Shown: positions 30,204-40,252, counted from the first letter of the stretch. The stretch is DNA of 64,000 nt from an uncultured Spirochaetota bacterium (GCA_963845535.1 CAWJSK010000016.1:32001-96000); one strand, 5' to 3'. Notes: generated by a model not told the origin, from the letters alone. Made by a program: numbers and translations.

Positions 30204-30947
30204 CTATGGAGGATTGGAGTCCGGGTCAATTCCTTTTTTCGTTATGAGCCCTGCGATCTTGCGGAACGTGACCCCGAGGCGCTTTGCCTCGTTCACGGAG
30301 AGCCCCGCGCGACCCAGGATGTCTTTGAAAAAGACCCCCATCTGCTCCGGCCCCACGAGGTGGAAGAACCCGATGCGTTTCAGCGAGCGTGTGATGATGG
30401 AGACAAGCGCGTCCAGCTCCCCCACGGACACGGGAGAAAAGGGCGTGAGACGCCCGGAGGAGCGCGCGCGGAAGATAGCGTAGCAGACGACCTGCACGGC
30501 ATGGGAAAGATTGAGGGAGGGAAATTGCGGGGAGGCGGGGATGGTGACGGCCACGTGACAGAGGGACAGCTCCTCATCAGTGAGCCCCGTCTCCTCGTTT
30601 CCGAAAAGCACCGCCACCGTCCCCGCGCCGAGTGACGCTATGCGCTCACCGAGCTGCTCGGGGAAGAGGCTGAAATACTTGCGGTTCCTGCCGCGTCGCC
30701 GCGTGGTTCCCGCCACAAGAACGGCGTCCTGCACCGCGTCCTTCACGGTGGGGTAGATCGTGGCGCTTTCGAGGACGTCGGCTGCATAGTGCGCCAGCGT
30801 ACGGGCCTGCGTGGGGTCGATGATTTCATCAGGCACGATCCCCAGGGATGTAATGTCCATGCTCTTCATGGCGCGGCAGGCGGCGCCGACGTTCCGCGAG
30901 TCTCGCGGCCGCACGAGGATGATCCTCACACCCGTTTGACGGCTCAT
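30204..30947 (-). CDS. trmJ: SPOUT tRNA methyltransferase, TrmJ/LasT family
   Basis: IILVRP..SRNVGAACRAMK, LFGNEETGLT.EEL and SLNLSHAVQV motifs. Confidence 0.88.
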   Translation of the reverse strand: MSRQTGVRIILVRPRDSRNVGAACRAMKSMDITSLGIVPDEIIDPTQARTLAHYAADVLESATIYPTVKDAVQDAVLVAGTTRRRGRNRKYFSLFPEQLGERIASLGAGTVAVLFGNEETGLTDEELSLCHVAVTIPASPQFPSLNLSHAVQVVCYAIFRARSSGRLTPFSPVSVGELDALVSIITRSLKRIGFFHLVGPEQMGVFFKDILGRAGLSVNEAKRLGVTFRKIAGLITKKGIDPDSNPP

Positions 30948-30970
30948 ACGGGCAGGAGAGTAGCCGATAA
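30944..30970 (+). promoter_or_regulatory. Possible sigma-28-type promoter TCAT-N15-GCCGATAA
   Basis: Perfect GCCGATAA at 30963-30970, 7 nt before ATG 30978; weak -35. Confidence 0.5.
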
Positions 30971-30977
30971 GCTATGC

Positions 30978-31643
30978 ATGAAGAAAGATGTGGCCCTCCT
31001 GTTCGTCTGCCTTTGCGCGCCCGTTTTCACCCTCGGAGCTCTCGACTGGGAGCTTCCCGTCTTCACCCTCCGCTACGAGCTGGCGCACGGCATCCGGGAA
31101 GATCCCGAGGAGGAGATTCTCCTCCCCTCGTCCCTTCGGAACACCGTCTCCCTCCGCATCAAAGAGGCCGCTGATCCGGCTCTTTTCGATCTCACGCTGC
31201 GCTATTCCCTCAAGGACTATTACATGGCCGCGGGTGATTACGGCTACTTCGAGGTGGAGCACGAGCAGGCGTGGCGCGTGAGCGACCCTTTGAAGCTGGG
31301 GTTCCTCCTTGGCCTGAAGAAGGTCGATTTCCCCGAGCCGGGCTCGGACGGCTGGGTCAAGGACTACCTCTCTTTGCGGGCCGGTCCCACCGCGGCCATG
31401 ACGTTCGCCGGCGGGACGAGGCTCGATGCGAGCCTGAGCGCGCGCTACGACTTTGCGGACAACGACTCGCGGTCGTTCCAGGCATACGTCGTGTCCACCG
31501 GCGTGAGCTCACGGCTGGAGGGTTGGCTGCTCTCCGCCCGCTATCGAGGAGAGTTCCGCCTCCCCTTCGATCAGGCGAGCGACGTGGGGCAGCTTGCATA
31601 CAACACGTGCAGCCTCACGCTCACGTGGGACCCGTCGAAGTAG
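30978..31643 (+). CDS. Hypothetical exported protein, possible outer-membrane beta-barrel
   Basis: Signal peptide MKKDVALLFVCLCAPVFTLGA; alternating amphipathic beta-strands with aromatic residues, ending SLTLTWDPSK. Confidence 0.62.
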   Translation: MKKDVALLFVCLCAPVFTLGALDWELPVFTLRYELAHGIREDPEEEILLPSSLRNTVSLRIKEAADPALFDLTLRYSLKDYYMAAGDYGYFEVEHEQAWRVSDPLKLGFLLGLKKVDFPEPGSDGWVKDYLSLRAGPTAAMTFAGGTRLDASLSARYDFADNDSRSFQAYVVSTGVSSRLEGWLLSARYRGEFRLPFDQASDVGQLAYNTCSLTLTWDPSK

Positions 31644-31684
31644 GGCGGAGCAGTCGAGCTGCCGGCGCGTAAATCGTTCTCTAT

Positions 31685-31714
31685 TTGACAAATGCCCTCG
31701 AATGACGATAAGAT
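31685..31714 (+). promoter_or_regulatory. Sigma-70-type promoter for the STAS/PspA operon
   Basis: TTGACA (31685-31690), N18, TAAGAT (31709-31714). Confidence 0.55.
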
Positions 31715-31822
31715 ATCCAGGTTCTCTATCAAAGATTGCCGTTCGACGAACCCTTGCGGCACGCAAGCTCGGTGACTATACTTATAAGGACCATTGGGTA
31801 TCTTTGAAGGCAAAGGGGCGCC

Positions 31823-32374
31823 ATGAGTAACAACGAGATTGTTCCCGGCTTCGATGACGAAAAGGATGACAGCCTCAAAATCCGCCTCCAAAAGATCGAA
31901 GAGACTGACGGGTGCCTTGTTCTGTACCTGACCGGCTACATCGACACATACAACTCCAACTATTTTCAAAAACGCGTTGCCAAGGCCATCGAAGGGAACT
32001 TCATCAAGCTGATCTTCCACTGCGCCGGCCTCAACTACGTCTCCAGCACGGGCATCGGCTCCTTCACCGCTTTCCTCAAGGCGGTGAAGCCACGCGGCGG
32101 TGACCTCGTGCTCCTGGAAATCCAGCCGAAAGTGTATGAAGTTTTCCAGCTCCTCGGCTTCTCGCAGTTCTTCAACATCAAGGAGAACCTCGACGAAGCG
32201 GTGTCGTTCTTCGCCGCCCGCGGAGAGGAAGGCAAGGGCAACATCTTCCCCCGGATCTTCAAGTGCCCCATCTGCAGCAAGAAACTGAAAGCGTCCAAGG
32301 CGGGAAGGTTCCGGTGCTCGGAATGCAAGACCATCCTTGCAATCGACAACGCCGGCCAGGTGTTCCTGGGGTGA
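31823..32374 (+). CDS. Anti-sigma factor antagonist (STAS) with C-terminal zinc ribbon
   Basis: LTGYIDTYN..LNYVSSTGIG..VYEVFQLLGF STAS core; CPIC...CSEC tail. Confidence 0.9.
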   Translation: MSNNEIVPGFDDEKDDSLKIRLQKIEETDGCLVLYLTGYIDTYNSNYFQKRVAKAIEGNFIKLIFHCAGLNYVSSTGIGSFTAFLKAVKPRGGDLVLLEIQPKVYEVFQLLGFSQFFNIKENLDEAVSFFAARGEEGKGNIFPRIFKCPICSKKLKASKAGRFRCSECKTILAIDNAGQVFLG

Positions 32375-32384
32375 CGGTGGTCTC

Positions 32385-32774
32385 ATGAACGCCCGGGAAA
32401 AGATCGACGGCTACCTCGTTCGGCTCGGACTGAGCTACCAGGAACCCTCACCGGGGACGTGGCTCGTCTCCGACGCTCAGAAGGGGCTCCACAACCTCGT
32501 GATTGCCCTTGCCAACTCCCATGTCATCGTAAGGATGAACGTCATGGAGGTGCCCGCGGGCGGCAGGGAGAAGCTCTTCGAGGAGCTGCTGCGCCTGAAC
32601 GCCTCGGACCTCGTGCATGGGGCCTACGGAATAGAAGGACGAAACGTCGTCATCATTGATACATTGGAAGCAGATGGGATCGGCCTGGAGGAGTTCGAGA
32701 GTGCCTTGGACGCCATCGGGCTGGCGGTCGCGCAGCACTACCGCATCCTCTCCCCGTACCGCGCAAAAGCCTGA
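32385..32774 (+). CDS. CesT/YbjN-like (type III chaperone fold) protein
   Basis: About 130 aa, acidic; REKLFEELLRLNA..GAYGI..EFESAL pattern. Confidence 0.7.
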   Translation: MNAREKIDGYLVRLGLSYQEPSPGTWLVSDAQKGLHNLVIALANSHVIVRMNVMEVPAGGREKLFEELLRLNASDLVHGAYGIEGRNVVIIDTLEADGIGLEEFESALDAIGLAVAQHYRILSPYRAKA

Positions 32775-32786
32775 CAGGAGGAATCC

Positions 32787-33482
32787 ATGGGGATTCTCGA
32801 CAGAATACGCACAGTCCTCAAATCGAACATCAACGCGCTGATCAGCAAGGCGGAAGACCCTGAGAAGATGCTGAACCAGCTCCTCATGGACATGAACGAG
32901 CAGCTTCTGGAAGCCAAGAAGCAGGTAGCCATGTCCATCGCTGATGAGAAAAAGCTCGAGCGCCAGATGCTGGAGAACAAGGGGCAGGCGGAGGACTGGG
33001 AAAAGAAGGCCATGCTCGCCGTGAAGGTGGGCAAGGATGACCTTGCCAAGGAGGCGCTCCTCAGAAAACAGGAGTACGACGGCTACGCGAGCTCGTTCCA
33101 GAAGGAGTTTGAAAGCCAGCACGCTTCCGTGGAACAGCTCAAGGACGCGCTGCGCCAGCTCTCCGGCAAGATCGAGGAGGCGAGCCGAAAGAAGAACCTC
33201 CTCATTGCCCGCGCAAAGCGCGCGGAGGCGCAGAAGCAGATCCAACAGACAATGGGCTCGCTGACGGGGGGCTCCTCGTTCGACACCTTCGACCGCATGG
33301 CGGAGAAGGTGGACCAGATCGAGGCGGAGGCGGACGCCATGAAGGAGCTGTCCTCCGTGACGGAAGACCAGAAGCTGGAGGACAAGTTCAAGGAGCTGGA
33401 ATCCTCGGACAGCAGCGCGGACAAGCTGCTGGAGGACCTCAAGGCCAAGATGGGCCAGATTGAGAACAAAGAAAAGAGCTGA
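32787..33482 (+). CDS. pspA: PspA/IM30 (bacterial ESCRT-III) family protein
   Basis: MGILDRI..KSNINALISKAEDPEKML, DDLAKEAL and FDRMAEKV..EAEA; coiled coil; RBS AGGAGG. Confidence 0.95.
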   Translation: MGILDRIRTVLKSNINALISKAEDPEKMLNQLLMDMNEQLLEAKKQVAMSIADEKKLERQMLENKGQAEDWEKKAMLAVKVGKDDLAKEALLRKQEYDGYASSFQKEFESQHASVEQLKDALRQLSGKIEEASRKKNLLIARAKRAEAQKQIQQTMGSLTGGSSFDTFDRMAEKVDQIEAEADAMKELSSVTEDQKLEDKFKELESSDSSADKLLEDLKAKMGQIENKEKS

Positions 33483-34155
33483 CGGCGTATCCGCCGAGCG
33501 AGTACGCGGTGCTCCTCGAGCGAGTACTCTCGCGCCCGCGCACGCGTCGTACGCGGTGCAGGTGATCGGATTCGACACCGTCATTTTCGAAAGAGTGCGG
33601 GCTTCCCTGCGGGGAGGCCCTTTTCATTTCACGCGTGCTGAAAGGCCTTGTGCCGGCGACGCGCTCCCGGACCTCTATGTCACGCACGCTTCCGACGCGG
33701 CGGCGCTTGCCGGCCCGGGAGTGCCCGTGATTGCCTGTGGTCCGTCCAGTTCCCTGCGCTCTTCCTTCCTGGCAGGGTGCGCTGACTTCCTTCGCGAGCC
33801 ATGGCTGCCTGAGGAGCTGGAGATGCGCGCCCTGGCGGTTCTCTCTCGCGCACGCCGCTCCTTCGACTTTTCCTGGGGCACGGTCTCCTTCGAAGGGAAG
33901 GACCTTCGGACGCCGGGCGGGCTCGTGTCGCTCACGCATCACGAGTCCTCCATCCTGCGGCTGCTTCTGCGCGCCCGCGGCGAGCCCGTCCCGCGCGCGG
34001 CCATTGCGTACGAGCTCTGGGGGAACCTCGCGCACGCCGCCGGCAGAGCCGTGGACATGCATGTCGCTTCCGTGAGGAGGAAGGTGAGGCTCGCGCGGAA
34101 CGAGGCGGGCAGGTTCATCGTCTGCGTCAGGAACCGGGGGTACATGGTCCCGTGA
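33460..34155 (+). CDS. Winged-helix (OmpR-type) regulator with degenerate receiver domain (start uncertain)
   Basis: C-terminal LTHHESSILRLL..RAVDMHVASVRRK..VRNRGY; receiver remnant AGCADFLREPW without the acidic pocket or Lys. Confidence 0.75.
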   Translation: MRTKKRADGVSAERVRGAPRASTLAPAHASYAVQVIGFDTVIFERVRASLRGGPFHFTRAERPCAGDALPDLYVTHASDAAALAGPGVPVIACGPSSSLRSSFLAGCADFLREPWLPEELEMRALAVLSRARRSFDFSWGTVSFEGKDLRTPGGLVSLTHHESSILRLLLRARGEPVPRAAIAYELWGNLAHAAGRAVDMHVASVRRKVRLARNEAGRFIVCVRNRGYMVP

Positions 34156-34210
34156 AGACCGCTCGCTTCATCTTTGCAAACACCCCGTCGCATGATACGC
34201 TGGCCAGGCG

Positions 34211-35248
34211 GTGAAAGAGCCCCTGAAGCTGCCTTTTGTTTTTCTCTTCATCCTCATCTGCGTGACGATCATTCTCTCGGCTGTGACCCTTCTTGCCGCA
34301 TGGGGGTCGACGGGCTCCACCGCGGGTCCGTTCGACGTGACGTACCTCCTGGAGCATTTTCCGGGCGCTGCCTTCGGCGCGCTCATTCCGTCAGTTGTAA
34401 TCTCGATGGTCCTCGTAGGCTTCCGCATGGCCCGCCGCCCCTTCTCACGGCTCCTTGGCTTCCTGATCGTGCTGGCGGCCGGCTACGTGGTGCTCGTGAA
34501 CGGCATGATCTGGCTCTCGACGCTCGCGGGCAAGGCGCGGCAGCAGCCGCAGGTGACGAAACAATACCTGCAGCCAAAGACGTTCCTGCGACTCGGCACT
34601 ACGGTGGTGGCCCCCGCTACCGTGGCTGGTGACTCACTCGGCGGCATCCTGGTCTATGACCCGAACGCCGCGGAGGGGGAGCCAGGGACCCGCGGAGGCG
34701 CCGCGGTGAGTCCGGGGAATGTGACGGCTCCCCCTGACGGCCTTGCCGTGTTTGCCGCCGCCAGCGTGTCAGCCCAGGGAGGCGGCCTTACGGTGAACCT
34801 TGTCGGGCAGACCCGCAGGCAGGTCTCTGGCGCGCCGCAAGCGGCGCGCGCCGCCGTATTTTATCCGGATCGCGTTTCCGCCTTCTTCCTTCGGGACATC
34901 GCCACTCTCACCAACGACTTCCAGCGGCTCATGAGGAGGTCCCTCGCTGAGTTTTTTGCCGCCTGCTTTGCGCTCGTATTCCTCTGCGCGGCCTCGCTCG
35001 CGCTCCTGCGGCTGACCCGGTGGCCTCTGGCCAACGTCATGCTTCTCCTCGTGGCCGTACGCTTGTATTTCCTCCTCTACCACCTCCTTGCCACCCGGTT
35101 TGCGGCAACGGTCGCAAGCGCCGTCTCCGACCCATTCCTTGCGCGCCTCTTCCCTTCCGCGTCCTTCGTTGTCCTCGGAGTGGTTCTCCTCCTGATCGAC
35201 ATCCTTTTCATTCCCGCCGCTCGGTGGTCAGGGAGCGAGCCGGCGTGA
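34211..35248 (+). CDS. Hypothetical membrane protein, 3TM + beta-rich soluble domain + 3TM (LptF/G-like topology)
   Basis: Hydropathy read by eye; the last helix is preceded by LFPS. Confidence 0.6.
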   Translation: MKEPLKLPFVFLFILICVTIILSAVTLLAAWGSTGSTAGPFDVTYLLEHFPGAAFGALIPSVVISMVLVGFRMARRPFSRLLGFLIVLAAGYVVLVNGMIWLSTLAGKARQQPQVTKQYLQPKTFLRLGTTVVAPATVAGDSLGGILVYDPNAAEGEPGTRGGAAVSPGNVTAPPDGLAVFAAASVSAQGGGLTVNLVGQTRRQVSGAPQAARAAVFYPDRVSAFFLRDIATLTNDFQRLMRRSLAEFFAACFALVFLCAASLALLRLTRWPLANVMLLLVAVRLYFLLYHLLATRFAATVASAVSDPFLARLFPSASFVVLGVVLLLIDILFIPAARWSGSEPA

Positions 35249-36959
35249 ACAGGTCCCTCTTCAGCAGAATCAGCACGTTCCTTTTCGTCTTCTATCTCCT
35301 GTCCTTCGGGATCTTTTTCCTCGTGTCCGCTTTGCGGTTCACCTCCGAGCTTGTCCTGCCGTCCCTGAGGTGGGCATATGCCCTGGACGGCGCGTTCGTC
35401 CTGTTCATGGACTACCTCCTCCCCGTCCATGCCGCCGCGGTCGCCGTGGCGGCGTCCTTGAGCGGGGGAAGCGAACGCGCGCCGCAGCGGACGCAGACGC
35501 AGCCGTTCAACCGCATTGCCGCTTCGAGCCTCGTCATGTTCCTTCTGCTCAGCGTCGCGTACACGCTGGTGTTCGAGATCACCTACCCGGCCGCCCGGCG
35601 CAGGCTCACGGACCTGCAGCACACAACCAGCCTTGCCCGGCAGCTCAGGAAGGAATCCGAAGCTGCGCAGCAAAGAGGGGATTACCGCACAGGGCTCGGG
35701 TTGGCCAACCGCTACCTTGCGCTGGACCCCGGAAATGGCGAAATGCAGGACCTCGAGGGGATGCTGGAAAGCGAGGCGGCCCATCAGGCAACGCCGCCCG
35801 CTCCGCCGAAGCCGGCTGGAGAAGAGCCTGGTTCCGTGCTCGACGCGCAAGCGCTCATTATGAAAGCGCAGAAGTATTTCGACCGCCAGGACTGGTTCTC
35901 AGCGCACTACTACGCGCAGAAAGCCAGCCTCCTGGACCCGCGGCGCGCCGACGCGCTTCGCCTTGCCGCGCAGGCCGCTGAAAAGCTCGAGGAGGCAGCC
36001 GAACCGGGCAAGGGCAAGGACGCCCAGGCCACCGCGCTCTACCGTCAGAAGAGGGACGCGTATATGCTCCTCAGCGGGGGGGACTACCTGCAGGCGTACT
36101 ACAGCTTCGTGAAGCTCGCGGCGCAATACCCGCAGGACAAGGACATCGCCACGAACCTGGATCGCGCCAGCGAGGGATTGCGCGGCGTCTCCTTTTTCCT
36201 CGATGAGGCGCGGCAGGTGGAAACCCTGCCCGGCGTGGAAAAGATCCTCTTCTTCAACGGGACCGGACCCGGCGGGATCGAAGCCGTGGCGCTGGGGCGC
36301 ATGGTGCAGGCCCGGGAGGGAACTTTCTTCATCGACGTGGAGGCGGTCCGCTACGACGCGGCGGGAAACGTCGCCTGGCACTTCACCGCCCCGTACGGAA
36401 AGCTCCAGAACGGGACGATTCTTCTTCGCTGCATCGACAGGAACCGGCCCGGGTGGAGATCCTTCCCTCGTATTCCGTCGGCACGAGGCCCGCCCAGGAG
36501 AGGGCCATCCTTCGGATCCAACCCACCGCGGACGAGCTGCCGTTCCTTTCGACGCAGCAGGATGCGCTGGCGGATGCGGGCCCCATCGAGCTGTGGCGAA
36601 TGCGCGACTCGCTGGGGTCCCTCGGACTGTCCCGCGGCGCGCTCACCGTCGAGCTGATGATGAAGCTCGTGATGCCGTTCGCGTTCCTCATCCTGTCCCT
36701 CCTGGCGCTGCCGTTCGGATGGGCATTCCGTCCCCGCCCCGCTGATGGCGGACCCTCCGGGCTTGCCGTGCTCCTGGTCCCCCTCGTCCCGATCGTCCTC
36801 TCCGTCCTGACGCTGTTGTACGTCTACGCGCACCGCGTAATCCTCGGCTTCGTCGTCCTTGCCTTCGGCTTCACAGCGGCGCTCATTGTCGGCGCCATCC
36901 TCCAGTTCGTCCTGCTCGTGGCCGCGTTCGTTGTCATGGCCGGCCAGTCGGGCTCCTGA
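35245..36959 (+). CDS. Membrane protein with TPR-like insert and LptF/LptG-like C-terminus; one frameshift near 36452
   Basis: GTG 35245 overlaps the upstream stop; 3 TM, TPR-like helices, beta region. One extra G in GGG (36451-36453) joins ORF 36453..36959, which contains [23 protein letters not shown]. Confidence 0.6.
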
Positions 36960-37756
36960 TGGCAATAGCGGGAAAGCTCATCGGAGCGCTCATTGGCTCC
37001 ATTGCCGGGCCTTTCGGCACGCTCTTCGGCGGGCTCATCGGGCACCTCTTTGACAGGGCCGTGGAAGAGCGCCAGATGACGGGCGCCGCGCGGCGCTACC
37101 GCGCGGGGCGGGACTACTACGCGGGGCGTGATCCGTGGGCGGCCGTCGACCCCGTCTCCCAGGCCCAGGTCAATTTCCTGAGCTGCCTGATCGGACTCTC
37201 GCTGGCCGTGGCAGAGGCGGATGGCGCCGTGAAAGCCTCTCACCTCGAGGCGATGAAGGACTTCTTCCGCCGTAACTTCTCCTTTCCTTCCGTTGACCAC
37301 GAGCTGCTCCAGCGGTTGATCGACGAGATGTACGTCAACCGGCATCGCATCGACGTTGCCGGCCTTTGCGGCTACTACGGCACGGTCTCCACCGCAGAGG
37401 GACGGGTGCTCCTGCTGCGGCTGCTCTTTCAGATTGCCGGCTCGGACGCCCGCGGAGTGAGTTACCGCGAGGAGGAGCTTATCAGGGGAATCTCCCGCCT
37501 GCTTGGGATTGACGAAGATGTCTTCGGAAGGGTCCGCGCCGAGTTCACACGAGGCAGCGACGCCGCATGGGACGTGCTTGGCGTCTCACCGGATGCGGAC
37601 GTTGAGGAGATCAAGGCGGCCTACCGACGGCTCACCGTTACGAACCACCCCGACAGGGTGGCGAGCCTCGGCCCGCAGTTCGTCAAAGTTGCGGAGGAGA
37701 AGTTCAAGGCAATCCAGGAAGCCTATGAGGAGATCCGCAGAAGGAAGGGCTTCTGA
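36959..37756 (+). CDS. djlA: DjlA-like co-chaperone (N-terminal TM, TerB-like domain, J-domain)
   Basis: [25 protein letters not shown]..; [28 protein letters not shown]. Confidence 0.88.
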   Translation: MAIAGKLIGALIGSIAGPFGTLFGGLIGHLFDRAVEERQMTGAARRYRAGRDYYAGRDPWAAVDPVSQAQVNFLSCLIGLSLAVAEADGAVKASHLEAMKDFFRRNFSFPSVDHELLQRLIDEMYVNRHRIDVAGLCGYYGTVSTAEGRVLLLRLLFQIAGSDARGVSYREEELIRGISRLLGIDEDVFGRVRAEFTRGSDAAWDVLGVSPDADVEEIKAAYRRLTVTNHPDRVASLGPQFVKVAEEKFKAIQEAYEEIRRRKGF

Positions 37757-37763
37757 AACCCGC

Positions 37764-39044
37764 TCACATTCCGCACTTCCTGATCCGGGCCCCCAGGCTC
37801 TGCAGCCTTTCCGTCAGGTTCTCATAGCCCCTCTCGATCTGGTAGACGTTCTGGATGGTGCTCTTTCCCTGCGCGCACATTGCGGCTATCAGCATGGCCA
37901 TGCCGGCCCGCACGTCGGGGGAGAAGAGCTCCGAGCCCACCAGGCGGGCCGGACCGGTGACGACGGCACGGTGAGGATCACAGAGGATGATCCTGGCCCC
38001 CATCCCGATCAGCTTGTCCACGAAAAACATGCGGGACTCGAACATCTTCTCATGGATGAGCACGGTGCCCTCGGCCTGCGTCGCTGCCACGAGGGCAATG
38101 CTGATGATGTCCGCCGGGAAACCGGGCCATGGGGCGTCGTCGATCTTGGGGATCTGGCCGCCCATGGTCGGCACGACCTTGAGGCTCTGCGACGCCCCCA
38201 CGCGGATGGTCTCTCCGGAGGTCTCCCAGGTGATGCCGAGCTTTGCCAGCGCAATCCTCGTCATGCGCATGTTCTGCGGCGCCGCGTCCTCGATCTCCAG
38301 CTCCCCCCGCGTGGCGGCGGCAAGGCCGATCAGCGAGCCCACCTCCATGTAGTCGCTTCCGATACGAAACTCCGTCCCCGACAACCGGTCCACCCCCTGG
38401 ATGGAGAGGATGTTGGACCCGATACCGGTGATCCGCGCGCCCATGGAAACAAGCATGCGGCACAGGTCCTGGATGTGCGGCTCCGAGGCAGCGTTCTCGA
38501 TTGTCGTGTCCCCTTCCGCGAGCACGGCAGCCATGAGAGCGTTCTCCGTGGCCGTGACCGAAGCCTCGTCCAGAAAAATCCGCGCGCCTTTCAGCTTGTT
38601 GGCGAGCAGCGTGAAGGAGGTCCCCACCTCCACCCGCGTGCCCAGCTCCGTCAGGGCCAGAAAATGCGTGTCGAGCGGGCGGCGCCCTATCCCGTCGCCG
38701 CCCGGAGGCGGCAGGATGATCCTTCCCTTGCGCGCCAGGAGCGGTCCGGCGAACAGGATGGAGGCGCGGATCTTCTGGGAGAGGTGCGGAGGGATCTCCT
38801 CCCGGGCAATGTCCAGGCACTGGAAGCGCCACCTGTTATGAGCGAGCTTTTCCGCCGAACAGCCCAGGGTCTTGAGGACCTCGATCATGACGTGCACGTC
38901 TTCGATCTCCGGCAGGTTCGAGAGGATCACGGGCTGGTCAGTGAGAAGCGTCGCGGCGAGGCAGGGAAGCGCGGAGTTCTTGTTCCCGCTCGCCTTGATA
39001 CGGCCCTTGAGGGGGAAGCCGCCCTCGATTTCGTAATGGCACAT
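37764..39044 (-). CDS. murA: UDP-N-acetylglucosamine 1-carboxyvinyltransferase (Asp-type active-site loop)
   Basis: [42 protein letters not shown] and IERGYE; start inferred at ATG 39044. Confidence 0.95.
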   Translation of the reverse strand: MCHYEIEGGFPLKGRIKASGNKNSALPCLAATLLTDQPVILSNLPEIEDVHVMIEVLKTLGCSAEKLAHNRWRFQCLDIAREEIPPHLSQKIRASILFAGPLLARKGRIILPPPGGDGIGRRPLDTHFLALTELGTRVEVGTSFTLLANKLKGARIFLDEASVTATENALMAAVLAEGDTTIENAASEPHIQDLCRMLVSMGARITGIGSNILSIQGVDRLSGTEFRIGSDYMEVGSLIGLAAATRGELEIEDAAPQNMRMTRIALAKLGITWETSGETIRVGASQSLKVVPTMGGQIPKIDDAPWPGFPADIISIALVAATQAEGTVLIHEKMFESRMFFVDKLIGMGARIILCDPHRAVVTGPARLVGSELFSPDVRAGMAMLIAAMCAQGKSTIQNVYQIERGYENLTERLQSLGARIRKCGM

Positions 39045-39162
39045 AGCGCCATTATAGCGATTTTTGAGTACCTTAGAAGCGAGCACGCCCCAAGCCAGGA
39101 TGCCTGATCCCCCCGTTGGGGGGACGTGCGTGCGGTGAAAGTTCATGATGAGGAGAGAAGTG

Positions 39163-39558
39163 ATGCCAGAATTGAAAGACCTGTTTCAGTCCGCGGATTG
39201 GAAAAAAGAAAAACATGCCCCCGTCATCGAAGCAGCGGAGACGGTGAAAAAGGGAGATGCTGTGGCCGTGACGGTGAGCGTGGGAAAAGAGATCCCGCAC
39301 CCCAACACCACGCCTCATCACATCCGGTGGATCGAGGTCTTCTTCCACCCCGACGGCGCGAAGTTCCCGTTCCAGGTGGCACGGATGGAGTTCAACGCCC
39401 ACGGAGAGTCCCCGGACGGTCCCGACACGAGCACCATCTACACTAACCCCGCCCTGGCCTGCTCATTCAAGACCGAAAAGCCGGGGATGATCCTCGCGTC
39501 CTCGTTCTGCAACATCCACGGGCTGTGGCAGAGCGCGAAGAAGGTGGTGGTAGCCTAG
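39163..39558 (+). CDS. Superoxide reductase, neelaredoxin/class II SORL type
   Basis: [17 protein letters not shown] and CNIHGLW iron ligands; RBS AGGAG. Confidence 0.92.
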   Translation: MPELKDLFQSADWKKEKHAPVIEAAETVKKGDAVAVTVSVGKEIPHPNTTPHHIRWIEVFFHPDGAKFPFQVARMEFNAHGESPDGPDTSTIYTNPALACSFKTEKPGMILASSFCNIHGLWQSAKKVVVA

Positions 39559-39614
39559 CGCGGCCCACCGCGTTGGCTACCGCGGCAGGGGCAGGCCGCC
39601 CCGAAATGGGCGGG

Positions 39615-40238
39615 CTACCGCGACAAGGCCGCGCTCGCCATCCGCCGAAAGCCGAACGCGTGGCCGGCCAGGGCAAGCTGAGGAGTCTCACTCATCACCC
39701 GGAAGCCCAGCCTCTCGTACAGGCGCTGGGCATCCGGGTTGTCCGTCTCGACGTCCAGGATGAGCCGGGCGGCCCGCGCTCTGAGAGCCTCCTCGCGGGC
39801 CTGGCCCACGAGGAGAGAGCCGATCCCCTTCCCGCGGTGCTCCGGATAAACGGCAACGTTGCTGATGTAGAACTCGTCCCTGCCCATCACGCCAATGGTC
39901 GACTGCATTCTCAGGAGCCCCGGCAGGCGGCGGATCAGTCCCACGCGCATTATGCCAAGGAGCGCAAGCCCCGTCCGAGGGTCCTGCGCCGCCTTCACCG
40001 CTCCCGTGTAGCCCAGAAGCATCCCGCGGACGGCGCCCTCGTGCTCGGCAATCCACGCGTGCTCATGGCTGAACAGAGTGCCGCGCCCGCGAGCCATTTC
40101 CTCCACGGCGTGCTCGATCCGCGGCCCGAAAAGAACCGGCAGGAACGTCTGGGCTGAAAGGACGACCAGACGCCCGATATGGGGGGCATCCGAAGGCTGC
40201 GCATCACGAATCCGTATGTTTCCCGACATGGCCTTCAT
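39615..40238 (-). CDS. GNAT family N-acetyltransferase
   Basis: YISNVAVYPEHRGKGIGSLL; N.DAQRLYERLGF. Confidence 0.9.
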   Translation of the reverse strand: MKAMSGNIRIRDAQPSDAPHIGRLVVLSAQTFLPVLFGPRIEHAVEEMARGRGTLFSHEHAWIAEHEGAVRGMLLGYTGAVKAAQDPRTGLALLGIMRVGLIRRLPGLLRMQSTIGVMGRDEFYISNVAVYPEHRGKGIGSLLVGQAREEALRARAARLILDVETDNPDAQRLYERLGFRVMSETPQLALAGHAFGFRRMASAALSR

Positions 40239-40252
40239 GGACGCTCCCGTTC

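Noticed and set aside
31755..31772. Sigma-54 promoter upstream of the PspA operon (CGGCACGCAAGCTCG)
   Set aside because: The -24 GGCACG is present but the -12 position reads CTCG rather than TTGC.
32385..32774. Type III secretion system implied by a CesT-like chaperone
   Set aside because: No injectisome genes are in the window, and this fold also occurs beside pspA independently of secretion.
39108..39124. TCCCCCC-GTT-GGGGGGA hairpin as an ncRNA or riboswitch
   Set aside because: It is a single short hairpin with no recognisable aptamer or terminator tail.
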